Positions 13,776-28,451 of a stretch of 64,000 bases of DNA are shown in pieces (the stretch's first letter is position 1; every line of letters begins with the position of its first letter). The stretch is from the human T2T-CHM13v2.0 reference genome, Homo sapiens: assembly GCF_009914755.1 (NCBI RefSeq), contig NC_060929.1. One strand, written 5' to 3'. The notes beneath the pieces are model-generated. The model worked only from the letters and a program-made list of their open reading frames with translations. It was not told the DNA's origin and made no database searches. A program made the translations under genes and the position numbers.

Positions 13776-15385
13776 TTTGCCAATAGATGTAAAATAATAG
13801 TTTGGCTTTCTAGGCCTCGACTTTATTAATCCTCTTGTTCAAAATTTAACAGTATTTCTCTGTATCAATAAGTTATTAATATAAGGCTTGATGCTTTTGA
13901 TATAAAATTTATTTAAATAAAATGAGATTCTTTTCTATAGAATTAAATATAATCACTTAGAAGACTGAATATTTTCTTTCTAGTCCTTACATATTATCTT
14001 AATATTACATATAACCAGCCACTTGCCTTGCAACAAATTAAAGTCTAACATTACCTAACCAGGGTTCTAAACACCAAATACATTTCTATAACTGAAAGTT
14101 ATAAAATAATTTTGTAGTGATCATCCATTAAAAATTTTCATTTGCCTTAGCATTATCCTCAAATCAACATGATCTAAAATTATAGCGTGCAGTTTATCCT
14201 TTCACATAATTGTACTACGTTAAATCTTTGGTCAGATAGTCATTTAGTACCTATTATAAATCTCTGATCATGAGCCCATTAAATGTCTTTTCATAGAACT
14301 GCAAAGTGAGATAGTAATTTTCAGTTAAGTTTAGCCAAACTGTTTTGACAGTTCCTTTTACAAAAGGTTGTACTTTACATAATATTTTGGTGCATACTTA
14401 GAGTGTTTAAAAAATCTTTTTTAAAAAAGGTTATAATACTATTTTGTATGTCTAACTTAATGTATTGCAAGTCGAAAATATTTCCATGCAGACAATAAAG
14501 TAAGAATATATAACTTTGGTATACAGTGTGTACCATAGATTAAATTATTGGCCATTAAGTTAAACATATTGCCCGGCTCTTACAAAGCGGTATCTAGAGC
14601 AGTGCGTTATCTAAAAGATCCTGTGGATTGAAAATGCCAGAGCTACTAATTTGAGATCTATGTTTGAAATATTTTGGTTTAGGCTTGGGGATGACCTCTA
14701 TTTAGGAACTTTTAAATTTTTCATTTGGTTACTGCCCTTAGGAAAATTCTCAAGATACTATACTTGATGTCTCTGCTATATATTTGCAAGGGAGAAGATG
14801 CTGACATCTCTGATGTTTCTAATCGCATTAATTTGTCAAATAATATTTTTTTCTCATAAACATCAGCAATGTAGTTGCCCAAATATATACCAAATTGCTT
14901 CATGTTCTTTGGTTACACAGCATCTCTAACCCAGTAAGTCCTAGCACTCTGAAGAGAAGATGATAGGTCACCCATTTTCTGCTCTCCCATGCCAATTGCT
15001 GTTGTCCTTCCAGGTTCCCAGGGATGCCAGAAATCTGTTTTGATCCCCTAAGGAAATGGACAGCTAGTTTATGGACAGCTATTCCTCTTCCTGATGGGAA
15101 GAAATGCATTGCGTGTTATCTTTTATCACTTAGTAAAAAGGCTTCATGAGCTTACTTGCAGGTGGTTTGTACTTCAGACTATAAACTGTCCGATATGATT
15201 AATCCACAGTTAAGAGCTAAGGGTTGTGATGTTTACGTTGATTTCATCATGCTAAGAAAATTCCCTTAACACATTACAATCTGTTGATTCAGTCAAGAAG
15301 TATCATTTTCCAATATTATTCTAGAAACTTCATTTTTAAAGAATGATTATTCTAAATATTAGTTCAGTGATGAATTATTTCGATG

Positions 15386-15867
15386 TTGAATTAGTTTCCT
15401 AGGACTTTCATAACAAAATACCACAGACTGGGTGGCTAAAATAAACAAAAATATATTCACTCAGAGTTCTGGAGCCACAAGTCCAAAATCAAGGTGTTGG
15501 CTAGACCTTATTTCTTCTCTAGCCTCTGGGGAAGGATCCTTCCTTGTATTTTTCAGGTTCTGATAGTCTCAGGCATTCCTCGGTTTGTGGCAGCATGACT
15601 CCAAAGCTTGATTTCTGTCTTCATATGGCTTTCTCCTCTGTGTGTGTGTCTTCACATACTGCTCTCTTGTGTGTGTGTGTGTGTCCAAATTTCCGTCTTA
15701 TAAAAGGACACCAGTCATAGTGGATTAAAGGTCCATCACACTGTAGTTATCACTCAATTTAGCCAATTATATCTGCTATGACCCTTTTCCCAAACAATAT
15801 CACGTTCTGAGGACTGGGGGTTAGGATTTCAACATATCCTTTTGGGGGACGCAATTCAACCATAACA
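15386..15867 (-). mobile_element. MaLR solo LTR, MLT1C-like
   Basis: ttagtttcctagg...taacaaaataccacagactgggtggcta ... aaggacaccagtcat ... gggggacgcaattcaaccataaca. Confidence 0.88.
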
Positions 15868-16244
15868 GATGGTTATCTAAAACTATTAAATATTGATTGT
15901 GAATTGCAGGGTATAGGCATATGGAAGGTCTATTATAAAGCAAGTGTCATGAAGAGTAGAAATAAAATTGTTTATTTTTGTAAACTGGAAATTCATAATG
16001 TGTGAAAATGTTTGCTCAATTTAACCAAATAATTGTATGTTGTATACAATCTGCAAGTGAAGTCAGTCATGGTATTCATCAAGTCGGTCAAGGAAACACA
16101 CCTGTAAAATTGCTCTCGCTCCTTGTTCAGCTAACCATCATTCCTCAATAATTTGTTGCTTATAATATTTCTTAGGTTGTTAAGATGAAAAATGGGTATC
16201 CACATCACAGTATTATTGTAATGTGTCATATAGAATACCCTACA

Positions 16245-16470
16245 GGTTAAAAGCAGAATTCTGGGGATAGGGTGCATTATTTGGAATTCAGGCTCTGTCA
16301 CTTATCAGTAATTCAGCCTTGGGCAATTTACTTAGCTTCACTCTGCCATCGTTTCTTTACCTGTACAATAAGGATAATCATATTAGCTATGTGATGTGGT
16401 TGTTTTGAAATAAGGCAAATCTTCTAAAGTATGCACCAAAGAGTCTGACAAATAGAAATTTCTTAATAAA
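16245..16470 (+). mobile_element. MIR SINE remnant
   Basis: gaattcaggctctgtcactta ... ccttgggcaatttactta ... tttctttacctgtacaataaggataat. Confidence 0.7.
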
Positions 16471-16879
16471 TATTTTCTATTCTAGTTATTGTTAAAATGT
16501 CCATTATTCATTTGGTATACAAAATAATTACTATATTTTAGTCACATAACACATCAATTAATGACACTTCAAAAGCAACCTAGAAGAATTTAGATGCAGT
16601 GTATGTAATCTTTCACCCATGCTTGCACTAGTTGGAATTGCTGTTAGTTTGGGGATCTTCCAGATGTTCATGTTCTTCTATCTATTGTATATCTTTTGAA
16701 AATATATAGCTTGGTTTACTGAATATAGTAATTCCTTTGTTGAGATGGGACCATACTCTTTTAACTTGCTTTCATACCCTCTCACAACCACCACAGCAGA
16801 TCAATGGCAGTATATTATAAAATTCTGACAGAACAGTCTACAGTATATATATAATTAAAGAGAATATTCAACAAAAGAA

Positions 16880-17310
16880 AGATGGTTGAATCTGTACTGA
16901 ACATGTATAGACATTTTTCTTGTCATTATTCCCTGAACAATACATACAATTCCCTATACAATACATTATTCCCTAAACAATTCCCTAAACAACTATTTAT
17001 GAGGAATTTACATTGTGTTAGGTATTATAAGATTTATAATATATTTATAATATATAGTATATTTATAATATAATGCCTAATAAAATGGTATTGAGTATAC
17101 CAACTAGATTACTTATAATACTTAATACAATTAGTACAAAGTATCAGTACCAACTGATTACTTATAATACTTAATACAATTAGTAAAAAGAGAATGTGCA
17201 GAGGTTATATGCAAATACTATGCCATTTTATATAAACTTGAGCATCAGTGGGTTTTGGTATCTGTGGAAGGTCCCAGAAAATCCCCTATGGATACTGAGG
17301 GACAACTGTA
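16880..17310 (-). mobile_element. MER2 (TcMar-Tigger) with internal rearrangement
   Basis: gatggttgaatctgtactgaacatgta...tgtcattattccct ... ggttatatgcaaatactatgccatttt ... ggatactgagggacaactg followed by TA. Confidence 0.9.
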
Positions 17311-17613
17311 CTTACAACAGGGGAGTTTACTTCACTAATGTGGAATTTTCAGCAGATTGCTGATGCCCATTAGAGAAAGATTGATTGGTGTTCCCTGGGA
17401 CACTAATTTTTGGAACAGGTGATTCCCAGGCAAGAAGGATTGAATAATCTTTACAGTTAGACATTTGTTGTAGCAAAGAAATGTGGTTTTTTTAAAATGC
17501 AGTTTAGCCCCTAGTTAAAGATACAGTATATCAAATATCTTAATATTAGGCAAGTTAATAAAATTTCAGCACATGGTAAGAATTTAGGAAACTTTTTTGA
17601 CTTTTATCTAAAA

Positions 17614-17770
17614 ACAATGTTTCTCAACCCAGGGCAATATTGCCTTCTAGGACACATTTGACAATGACTGGAGACATTCAATTTGTATGTAACTGGGAAC
17701 TACTAGTGTCTTCCATCATTGGTGGAGGCCAAGGATGATACTGTTTCCTTAAGTTAAAAAATCCCCAGTT
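17614..17770. mobile_element. MER20 (hAT-Charlie) partial
   Basis: caatgtttctcaacccagggcaat...gacacatttgacaatgactggagacatt ... ggtggaggccaaggatg. Confidence 0.7.
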
Positions 17771-18584
17771 AAACACAAATTCTCTAATGTTGTATTATTT
17801 TTAATGAAACTGTTTTTGAGATCCTAGTGTTCACCAGTAACCTTTCTGAATATGTAATCACTATACCAAAAAGCTCTTAACATTTAGATAAAATATTCAG
17901 TAACTGCTTAATGGTGACCGCGCTCGTACTTATGTTTTTGACTCTGATTCATCATTTCCCGATCAGCAGTTTTTAACATAATTGAAGTATCAACATTCCT
18001 TTGAGTTTAATGTTAATTAATAATATGGTTCTGGTCTTTGAAAAATGTGCATGTCTGTAATCTCCTTTGACTTTCTGTAATATTGCTGGAAGTTCCTAGT
18101 GACTAAACTCAAGTACGTTAAATCATTTATACTTCTAAACTGATGTCCTAAACCCCAAACACTGATTGAGATTAATATAGTTTAATCATTTAATTGACTC
18201 AGGCACACAAGATCTAAAATGTGAGCATATATAGAAAAACAGGTTATTTCTAAATAATAAATAAATTGTACGATAAAATTTTACATTTACTACTTTGGAC
18301 TAAATTTTGGAAATGAAGGTGAGATTTTTATGCTCTCTTAAAATAAATATTTATGGCATAAAGCACACTGTCTTTACATCTTGAAACAGTCCTGTCATGT
18401 TCAGAGGCCTAAATCTTTACTTTGCTAAGCACTGTATCAGTAAATTTTGGAAAATTTTTGTTTTAATCTAAGTGATAAATGACTAGTCATGAAAATGTTG
18501 TAACGTATGTGGTAAATTAGGAAGAATACGTTGAAAAAAATCATTCAGGTTTTATCAGTTTGGAATTGTGACCCAAATTATAGC

Positions 18585-19065
18585 TGTTGAGGCAGAAATA
18601 ATTTGATAAAGGTTTATTGGAAGCCAAATGTGAGGACTGACCTGGGAAGACACACCGAAAAGGTTAGGAATTTCCAGAATCTGTTACAAGTTGGAAGGTG
18701 TGAATAGGAAACTTTAGGAGAGGGAGGAGAGGCTTCATACCAGAGTTGTCCCTTCTGGTTTGAGAGTGTGATACAGAGGTTACAATCATTGTATACAGAT
18801 TGCAACATACAAGCTAAAATGTCTACCTGCAAGAGAGTCAGTAAAACTTCATGTTTCAGAAATAAATCAGGGTCCTTCTCAGTGTCCTTAGGTTATGCAT
18901 TAATCTGTACATCAACAATTTGAGAAACTAATGATAAGATTCTTTACTCAGGGACAGAAGGTCACCATGAATCACAAGACTGTCACACGGCCAGTTATTT
19001 TGGAGGCCTATTTACTTTTAAAGTAAACTGTCCGGTATGACCTGACAGTGTGACCTAAGTTATCA
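18585..19065 (-). mobile_element. ERV-class solo LTR, subfamily not assigned
   Basis: TG...CA-bounded block of about 480 bp with AATAAA near its minus-strand 3' end (ggtttattgg at about 18611). No TSD seen. Confidence 0.5.
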
Positions 19066-20539
19066 GAATATAGACCTACAGCGACAGAGATAGAAAGCGA
19101 GATGGTTATTTCAAAGAGGAAGGCTATATGAAAATCAGAGTGTGGACAGCTCTCAGCAGGAGATTGATGCACCAAACATGATCATTGTTGTCACTGTTGT
19201 GAAATTAATGGCTAGAAAATAATCACTCTGGAAATTCTGGATGCTTCATAAACAGGCAACAAGTAACAGTAAGAGCCAGAGACTATCAAATACTATGAGC
19301 TATGAATTTAGAAGAAAACATGTCTAGGTTTAGATAGTAAGTATATGATGATATTATTATACATTAGTTTAATATTTGCTCATTGGACATATTATTCATG
19401 GTAGTGGAAATTGTAACATTGAACGTATATGTAGTAAATGGTGAATCTTTAAAATTTATGTTAGTCATCTCTGTAATCCTGTACTTCTGTGCATCTAATT
19501 ATTTATTTTATATTTGACCTATATATATTTGAAATATATATGTATATATATATATTTGTTAGTACATTATCTTTAACGAATGTTTTCTCTTTACATTAAA
19601 TCAAATGTTGAACTGACTATACTGTGCACTCACAGAAAAATATGGCTTTCAGAGGTCCTTCATAGCAGAGAAGCTAAAGCTTATAGTGGAGTTCTCAGTC
19701 AAACTTTAAAAAATTTAGAAGTAACTGACACACATCCACACATGTGCATGTGCACACATGCACAACACAAACATACTAGGGACAAAGAGAACAGCCAGGC
19801 CATCAGCGCATTCCAGAATCCCATTCCTGCCTTGTAAAGAACTTGGTGACAAGTCACTGGGAAGTTTCACACATTGTTTTGTAATTAGAGACTTTACTTA
19901 CAATTACCTGGAAGGCACATATGGATGGCTAATATTTAATTAAAAATAATTTAATTATCAAACAGACCAACACTTTAAGTAAACATTATGAAGAAAGCAT
20001 ACTGTTTAATTTATTGACTGATTTTGAGAAGACATTCAATATATTTTATTTGAGAGAAGTTTTGAATGTGGATGATCATTTTTGACATGAATAATACAAG
20101 ATTCTACTTAAATTCCCCTCATAAATAAGAGAGAAGAGAAAATGAGACCCTTCATGGTCTGGTGGCAAGAGAACAGTGAACTAAAGAGCTACTCGAAATA
20201 AGCTTGGTGGGACAAAAATGTCTTCCGTTTGTCAGTGTATTGTAACTATAACTCCTTTCTCAAATGTATTGAAAATGGGACAGAGAATTGCCAGAGATCG
20301 CTAAACAGCTTTTTTTTTTTTTTACTGTCCCCAAAGTTAATGATTAACTAGAAAGCATATACTCAAGATCAAGATTTGGAAAACATATTTGTTTTTAAAA
20401 ATCTTAAAAGAAGTGAGAAAAAAAGGCACAATACCTTCAAAAGGATGACAGGAAGGCCACCCTGGACTTCCCCAGAGAGGCAGGGAGGCCAGAAGACAAC
20501 AGAACAGGAGCTTCAAAGAGGGAAAAGCAGATGTCAGCT

Positions 20540-21260
20540 GATTTAGAATTTAAACCCATGAGAATATCTTTCAGAAAATAAAGATAGGCATTTTTAGAGA
20601 AATTAAGTGGCACAGGATTTGTCACTAGTAGAAGTACATTAAATAACTATATTTTTTAGGGAGAAGGGCAATGATGCTGGATAAAAGCTTGAAGATGCAA
20701 ACTTGAAAGAAGAGCATTTGAAATGGCAAATATATTAATAAATATAAACAGATATTGTCTGTTAGAACTATGGTGATTATGACTTGTGGAGAAACCCCCA
20801 ATAATGAGAAAAGAGAACTAAGTTAAAAGAATCAAATCACATGAGAGAGGTAGGCTGTAAGTCAGGAAGAAGACAAAAGAAATGAAGGTAGTTAAAGGAA
20901 ATTGTCTGATATGAGAAGCAGTAAAGGTACTAAACTTTGATAACTCAAGGACATGTGCTATAATTGCTGGGTAATCATTAAAAAGCATAGTAAAACAAAC
21001 TTGTAATCTTGCAAATCTTGTAAATCTACCAAGCCAACCAGAGTAAATAGAATACTGAAAAAACAACCCAAGAGAAGTTAAAAGAAAAAAGAAAAGGAAG
21101 AGTAAACGTCAAGAATAAGATAAATAGACGTGATTCCATACTCATCTAAGTAAGTTATTTAATTACAAATGGACCAAATTCTCAAATTAAAGAGCAACCT
21201 TATTATATTGGAGGAACACATCTAAAATGTAAAGAATAAGAAATCTGAAAATATTGGACA
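20540..21260 (+). mobile_element. Old L1M ORF1/ORF2-junction remnant
   Basis: A-rich diverged sequence with gatttgtcactagtaga ... and acaaatggaccaaattctcaaattaaagag (ORF2 start-like). Confidence 0.45.
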
Positions 21261-21748
21261 GTATGGATCTAGAATTTAAGACATGATTGCCTTTATAAAA
21301 ATATATTCATAGCCCTGTAACTAAAGAATATGTACACAAAACTTCCTAAAATTTGTTCAGAAATTATTTGTAAGCTCTTACTATACACTTTCTTTAAATG
21401 TATAGCGTATCAACAGTTAGCTGTTACATTCTATATCAACAACATTTTTTGCAGAAACATTAACTTTCATTTTCCATTTGAATTCACAATTTTCGGGCTG
21501 AATTACTCTCCTCTCCCAATTTCTCCCCTGGCTTATTTGGTATTCTCCATATCATGTAATGGCATCATTCACCCAGTCACCAGGGCTAGCACCTGAGTGC
21601 TATACACAATATTTTATTTTCCCTCCAGTCTCTTGACTTCCTCAAAACCACTGATAGTGAATAGGCAGACTATTCATCTTGCTTGGAACTACTTCAGTTA
21701 AAGACTGTCACAATAGCTTTGAGTCTCTAAAGGAAAGGGCATGGGCTT

Positions 21749-22136
21749 TGTGATAGTCTGTTTGTGCTGCTCCGACAATGCACCAGAGGCTGGGTAGTCT
21801 ATAAAGAATGGAAATTTATTTCTAGATTTGTTTCCACAGTTCTGGAAGCTAGGAAGTTCAAGATCAAGGTGTCAGTAGGTTCAGTGTCTGGAGAAGGCCT
21901 GTTCCTCAGAGACGGTGCTGTCTCAGTGTCCTCATGTGGTGAGAGAGATAGGGCAAAAAAGGACAAATTCTGTGTCCTCATATGGTGGAAGAGCAGAAGA
22001 GAACAAACCCATCCCCTCACAGTCCTGTGTAAAGGCTCTAATCCCAATCATGAGTGCTTCATCCTCATGGTTTAATTACCTCCTAAAGCCTCATCTATTA
22101 ATACTATAATTTGAGAGACATATTGAGACCATAACA
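21749..22136 (-). mobile_element. MaLR solo LTR, MSTD/MLT1A-like
   Basis: tagtctgtttgtgctgc ... cacagttctggaagctaggaagttcaagatcaaggtg ... gaccataaca. TSD ggctt/ggcct. Confidence 0.85.
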
Positions 22137-23283
22137 GGCCTCAACCTGCTGACTCCCTAGATAACATTTCCACCTGTTACTTGCAGTATTTGAAATCCAC
22201 ATGCCATAAAGTTTGGAGAGTTGGAAGACCTTTGTCAAGTTAAAAACTTGTCCCCAAATACTTGGTTTGGGCAGCTATGCTTCTCCTAATGAGAATTTAA
22301 AATTATATCAAGTGGAAATACAAAATACGACTACATTTCCTTGATTCTATAGTGACATCAATAATAAGGGGTACTGTATGTCTATGCACATAAATACATC
22401 TATGTATGTGTGTACAGTCTTATAAGAAAACTTCAAAGATGTCAAAGTGAATAAAAGGTGAGACTTGGAATCACAGAAATGTATTATTGTACCACAGTGA
22501 ATTACTCCCCTCAAATCTAGGTCCAGTGTAAAGAAATTCTATGGAAAGTAATACCTTTATGACCTCATCAACTGATACTATTTCTAAGTCTGCTCGACAG
22601 GCCAGTCGAGGTTTTTATCTAATCCCCATTCCCATGCATGTAATTGTCTGCCTAATATTCCTACTTGGCCACTGGACAAATGAAAATCAGTTGAACAAGC
22701 CCAACATTAAATCAATATTCTCCTCCTTTCACCAAACAAGTTCTATGCCCAGATTGATTTGTAGGGATATCAGCATTGCTACATTCTCTCACTCACACTG
22801 TAGAAATGTATCTTCTAATCTCATGAGAAATGTTAAATTCTTCTTGGGAACACAGTTACTTTGTGTATCGGCTACAGTCACCAAATTAAAAGTGTTTGAG
22901 AATCTGATAGGACAAATTCATGTGATGTACATTGTAGGTTAGTGAAGCAGATTGAATAAAATATGTTATATGAGATTTGCAGATAATAAAATGGTTACTT
23001 TTGTGTACCATAAAATTATCTGCAGTCCTGTTATTTTCAGATCTACCCTCTAAATATGAAATATGAGATGATACCTTCATTGTATTGGCCTAATTCTTTG
23101 AACATTTATTATCTATGTCAACTCTTTTCTCCGACCCCTTCTGAGATAAGAATACACACATGTACACACACATGCAGAGACAGAGACTGAGAGAGAGACT
23201 GCAAGGAACTTTAATGAAGCAAATCTAACATATATGTATAATACCATAAAAAAGAAAATGATAGTCAAATAATACAATTTCCC

Positions 23284-23292
23284 CTCTCTTTG

Positions 23293-23323
<31 letters not shown>

Positions 23324-23345
23324 ATGTCTCTCTCTCTCTCCCTCC
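23284..23345. repeat. (CT)n/(TG)n microsatellite
   Basis: Read directly from the sequence. Confidence 0.85.
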
Positions 23346-26300
23346 TTCTTTGTGCTTTCCAGTATAATTATATGTGAAGATGCCTATTATACTGATTCAT
23401 TAGATTTAATGAAGTAGATAACTTTTTAATTTTAGAGAACAAATTATGCCATAAATATACCAAATTATATGTTTTTGTATAGCTGTATTTCATGCTCGTG
23501 AATGCAAAATTAATTCCTTTCACTGACGTTAGCAAGGAAAATACTAAGTGCGTAAATTGCAACTCCATTTTCTCCAATATTTTTTAGTTATTTGACTAAC
23601 ATATTTCTTATGTAACCTGTGCTTCAAGATTGACTGAAAGAAATTGTGTCTAAAAAAAGAATATATACAACAAACCCCTAGAGAAGTGAAATCCTCCTTT
23701 CTTTCTGTCTCTTTAAGCTTTGTTGATTAAAACATGGCTGCCTTTTCTGAATTAGACTGGCAAGGTGTCAGAGTCTTGATGAATTGTTTAAGTTCTGAAT
23801 ATGGTTGCAATGTAAGCAGGAGGAAACATAGAAAACCTTGGGAAAAGGAATGTCTTCTTAGAATACAAAATAAGTAATGCAACCATGTTACAAATAGATG
23901 TGGAAAGAGAAGACATGAAATATTAGACTTTAATAGAAGTAATTACTTGAAAAACCAATCACAGAGAAAACTGCTTAAAAATAGATACTTTATATGCAAT
24001 AAACCATCCTCCAGATTATGTGTGTAGTCAACCAAAGACTGCTAAAAATGTTAACAGATTGAAATATATCTAACTCTGGAGTGGAATTGAGCCAGGATTT
24101 GATGCTAGTATATCAAATAAGTCTTGCAAGGTGAAGGAGGTAAATCTCTTTAGCTTTGGAAATTATTATAACAATTTAGTTTCCTTAAAGTTACTACTGG
24201 ACTGAGCACCAGGGTAACTTACTCTACTCCCAGTTACACACTTCATTTTAGGAAAAAAATAAAGTAATTTACCACTTTAAATTTGGTTCCCTTAAAGTTA
24301 TCAATTTCTTCCATAAAAATAGAATGCAACAATATATTAAGGAGTACTTTGTAAATACCAATGTGCAATACTAACATTTGATTGCAGTTATTATAATTAA
24401 TTCTCAAACTCTGGAATATGAAAGATTTCTATTGCCAGAGAAAATTATTGCGACCATATGCAAATGTAAAAGATATCAAATGATTATACTTTATTAGTAT
24501 TATTTATTATTCAAATAATACATTTTGGTGGCAGTTAAACATTATTTCACTTTTTCAGATTTAAGTATGCATGTGTAACTAATGATTCAGTTTTAGGAAT
24601 CTCATGTGAGAAACTATACCCAGAACAGTGTAGTTGGCTCACTAAAATCTCTACTAAGATTCACAGAGGAAAATCCTTTCATATGAGGTCGATTGGGATC
24701 TTCCTTATTTTAAGAAATTCATAGTATTTAGGTTACATCATTTTCCGTAATTAATGCAAATATTTAAGCATATTTATATCAAAATGTTAATCAAAGTTTC
24801 TCCTTCAATGTTACCCTGTACCCCAGGCCCTTTGCCCCATTCAAAATTTGGGGTCCTCTACCTTTATCATCTCAGAGAAGGGGTGACATAGCAGAATATA
24901 GAGACAACTACTGTTGGCCTTTGTTTCCAAAATCTTGATGTTGAAGATGGGGGGCATTAAGAACAACTTTCTGGGCTTGAATAATATATTTTAGAGAATA
25001 TTTAGTGAAGGCTTTCTGATCATGATTCAGGAAAATTATCCTAGTTGGCAGGATTAAGAGTTCTGGTGGACAGTTTTGAATATTGAAAATATATTTACAA
25101 CTGTGAATATTTGGGAAGGAAATGTGTAATATTCAGTGCAGAGCACTGAGCTTTGTGCAAGAACCCTCGGACTCCAACAAGAGTGTGAAGTCCAGGTGTG
25201 TGGGAAAGGGGTAGTCAAATGCCTTGGCATGTTTAGAGAATCCCAGGGCAGAAGTAAAATGAAACACCTCTCCAAGGCAGAGGCTCAGCAGTGCAGAAAG
25301 ACCCCAATGAAGGAATGGCTCGTGGTATATCCAAGCAGTTATGACTTCAAACATTCAAGGCTTGAGAAGTGAAGACAGCTTAGAAGTAGCAGAGAGACAT
25401 GAAGAGATCTCATGATTCAAGAGGATCTACAGTAAGTTCTACAGAAGTATACATCAGTGGAAATTCATGAAGATGGCCTCCTTCCCATCTCTTCACTCTT
25501 ATTATTCTTATACACAGTGCCGCCAAAACGCTTGCCCCTTGTAAGCCTCCTGGAACTTGACACAACTCTAGAGAAAGGGATAAAGGTGGGAATTAGAAAG
25601 TGACCTATTTTAAGTTTCTACTATCCCTCTAAATGGGGGAGAGAAATGGAAATAATGTTTAGTTATTGTAGAAGATAATTAAGAATGCTACTTGACTTTG
25701 TGTTCTAAGCTACAAATTTGTTAGTAATAATAAAAGTAATGGGTGCAGGAAACTGTCTCCGAGCCTGCCAGAGGGCCTTAAAGAACATGACTCCATCATT
25801 TAGATCAAGGTTGTGAACAATAGTCCAACACAGACTCTGGTATTGTGATTGACTCTGGCTCCTTCAGCAGCAAGCTCTCCTACTCCCTGATCTAGTGCTT
25901 CAACTACTTCAGCTAGTGACTCAGCTCTCCAATTTCTGCTCTGAAAGGTCTCAGAAATCACCACTGACTGTTATCTTTTTTCTGCCTCATGATCCTACTT
26001 ATTATCTTGCTTATAGATCCCATTTTGCTATTTCTCTACTTTAATGTTTGTATTTTTCTCCACTCATCTGATATTTAATCTTACTTAGAAATTGGGTTAG
26101 CTAGGTTCCATCCAGTATCGATTTCATTCCTTTCAGGCCATATCTAAGCTAAATTACCCTCTTTGACTAATCACGCAGTGGCCTAGGCCCTTAACTCACA
26201 TTACACCAAGGCAAGTACCTTCTGCATAGGTGATCTTCGGGCTGTACTGTGAGTAAGACAGAGGCTTCACAGACAAGGAGGGGTTAACTCTCAAGTATCC

Positions 26301-26540
26301 ATCATGGTCTACATACATATTCTAGTTCTTATCTGCCAGACAGCAAGGATCTTCATTGTAGATTAAACAGCCTCAAAGAAGGCTACCTAAAATAATCCAG
26401 TAACAGGGACACATCCTTACCCTTGTTCACCCTCACCTAAAAGGGTTAACAATCCAGACAAGGTACTGTACCCAGAGGTGAAGCAGAGAAGTCACTATAT
26501 GAGGTGCTTTCCCTCAGCCAGCCTCTGCAATTTCAATGTT

Positions 26541-26810
26541 AATTCATTCATGCATCTGTTTATTTAACTCTTACAGGGCTTTGGGTACATCAATGATCTG
26601 AGACAAACATCCTGACCCATGAATTTCATTTTAGTATGAGAAGAGGTACATACCCAATAAGCACACTAAATAAGATAACATACAGTGCGTCAGAAGGCAA
26701 TATATGCTACAGGATAAAAAGAAAGTAAGAAAAGGCAAAGGACATGGGAGTTGAAATGTATAAATAGGATGATTGGTGTGAGCCTCATTGAGAAGATGGC
26801 ATTTGAGTTC
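26541..26810 (-). mobile_element. L2 3' end
   Basis: attcattcat... start and agcctcattgagaagatggcatttgag, typical of the L2a tail in antisense. Confidence 0.7.
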
Positions 26811-27259
26811 TCCTCCAGTTCTATTTTGATTCTATCCAGTGACTTTTGCAGTGACTACTCTATTTAGGAGAGGACAAGGTGATGATAAACAAGAACCATC
26901 TATTCCTGATTTCTTGAGCAAATCAGCCTCGGCTTCAGAACATATATTACAAACTAAAAAAATAAAAGGCAGAACATCTTGGAAGGATGTGTGTGCTATC
27001 CTCCAACCTTCCCACTCTGGTAGATTCAGGGTGAGGCAAATCTGGCATGCGTTTAGTTTCTTGGGGCAAGAATGCTTCACTATGGCTCTAAAATATCACT
27101 GGAAATGTTGGGAAAAGTTGAAAATGTTTTTGACATCACTCCTTTCTTGGGGACGCTGTATGTTTTCATGTGATCGATTTTGACACCCTGAGGAGGTCAG
27201 GAGTCTCATTTGGTCTCACCTAGTGAGGTAAGAGTTCTCAAGTGATGCTATAATGCGTG

Positions 27260-27547
27260 GGGACAATTTCTTGCCTTTGACTTTTCCAGTTTCTGGACAC
27301 CAGCAGTGGCATCACTGTGACATTTGTTTCCATCATTGCATCACCTCCTCTCACTCTGACACTCCTGCCTCCCTCTTATGAGGATCCTTGTGATTATATT
27401 GAGCACACTGGAATTCAGGAAAATCCATCCTCATCTTAAAATCCTTAACTTAGATATATCTTCAAAATCCCTTTTGCCATATAAGATAATGTAGTCACAG
27501 TTCTCTGGATTAGAACAGCTTTGGGTGCCATTGTTCAATCTACCATA
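27260..27547 (-). mobile_element. MLT1 LTR fragment
   Basis: ttgcctttgacttttccagtttctgg ... cctgcctccctcttatgagga ... aaatcccttttgccatataag. Confidence 0.75.
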
Positions 27548-28451
27548 GAGAGGAGGCCGATATCAAGAAATTCAGCTTACTTCCACCCCATGCCTTACTG
27601 AATGAATTACTCACTTCTCATTCTAAACAACTGTTGAACAATGTTTAAACATTTTGAAATATTGGTGTGAAAGAGCACCAAATTAATGGTCTCTTTGGGA
27701 AACCAACTATCTTAGTCCAGAGTAGGAGTAAAGAGCTTTTTGAACACGGGCTCAATGCCTGACATGTTTTTCCTACGTGGTCACCTACTTATCAGTCTAC
27801 TCATATTGGTTTGAAAGAAGGGAGAACTTATGACCAGAGCTGGAAAACTACTACAAGAGAACTCTATTATGGTTGTATTTCTAATTTACAGCCCTTGAAA
27901 TTCTTTGCATTATGCTCATGAATAGTCTGATTCTTCCCCGTCTTCCTTTAAAGGCCATGACCAACTGAATCTAATTTTTTTTATCAATGAATATCAAGCT
28001 AAAACCTCAATCAGTTGCCTATACTTAACTTTTATACATGCAAACTTACTGTCTCCCAACTACCACCAAAATGATTAATGTAGCATAATTTTAGCTTATA
28101 CTACTTGGTAATTTTCTAGGAAGCTTTAAAATCTCAGTCCAGCCAACCTATTGATAGTTTTAAACTGACTTTTATTTGGTTTGATAATTGTGTAGTCTTA
28201 TATTTTGTATAGTTGTTTATTAGACAAAATCATCAAACCAAATAATTTAAAAACGTTAGTGACAGAGGAAACGCGATTGTTCAGTTTAACTTAAATGAAG
28301 ATTTTAAAATTAATTCCATTATCTTATTTCTCATTCATACATTGCTACTTTAAAACAGTACTTTACATATGATCACATTTGACAAAAGAGATCTCCATGT
28401 CTATTCACTTGTAATCATTTAAAAATTCATTTCTAGAAAAAGAATGTACAG

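Noticed and set aside
22541-22942. 133-aa ATG ORF in non-repeat-looking DNA
   Set aside because: No recognisable homology or supporting gene signals; compatible with chance.
24900-26520. Possible ancient LTR or internal retroviral remnant
   Set aside because: Only a compositional impression; no family or boundaries could be assigned by eye.
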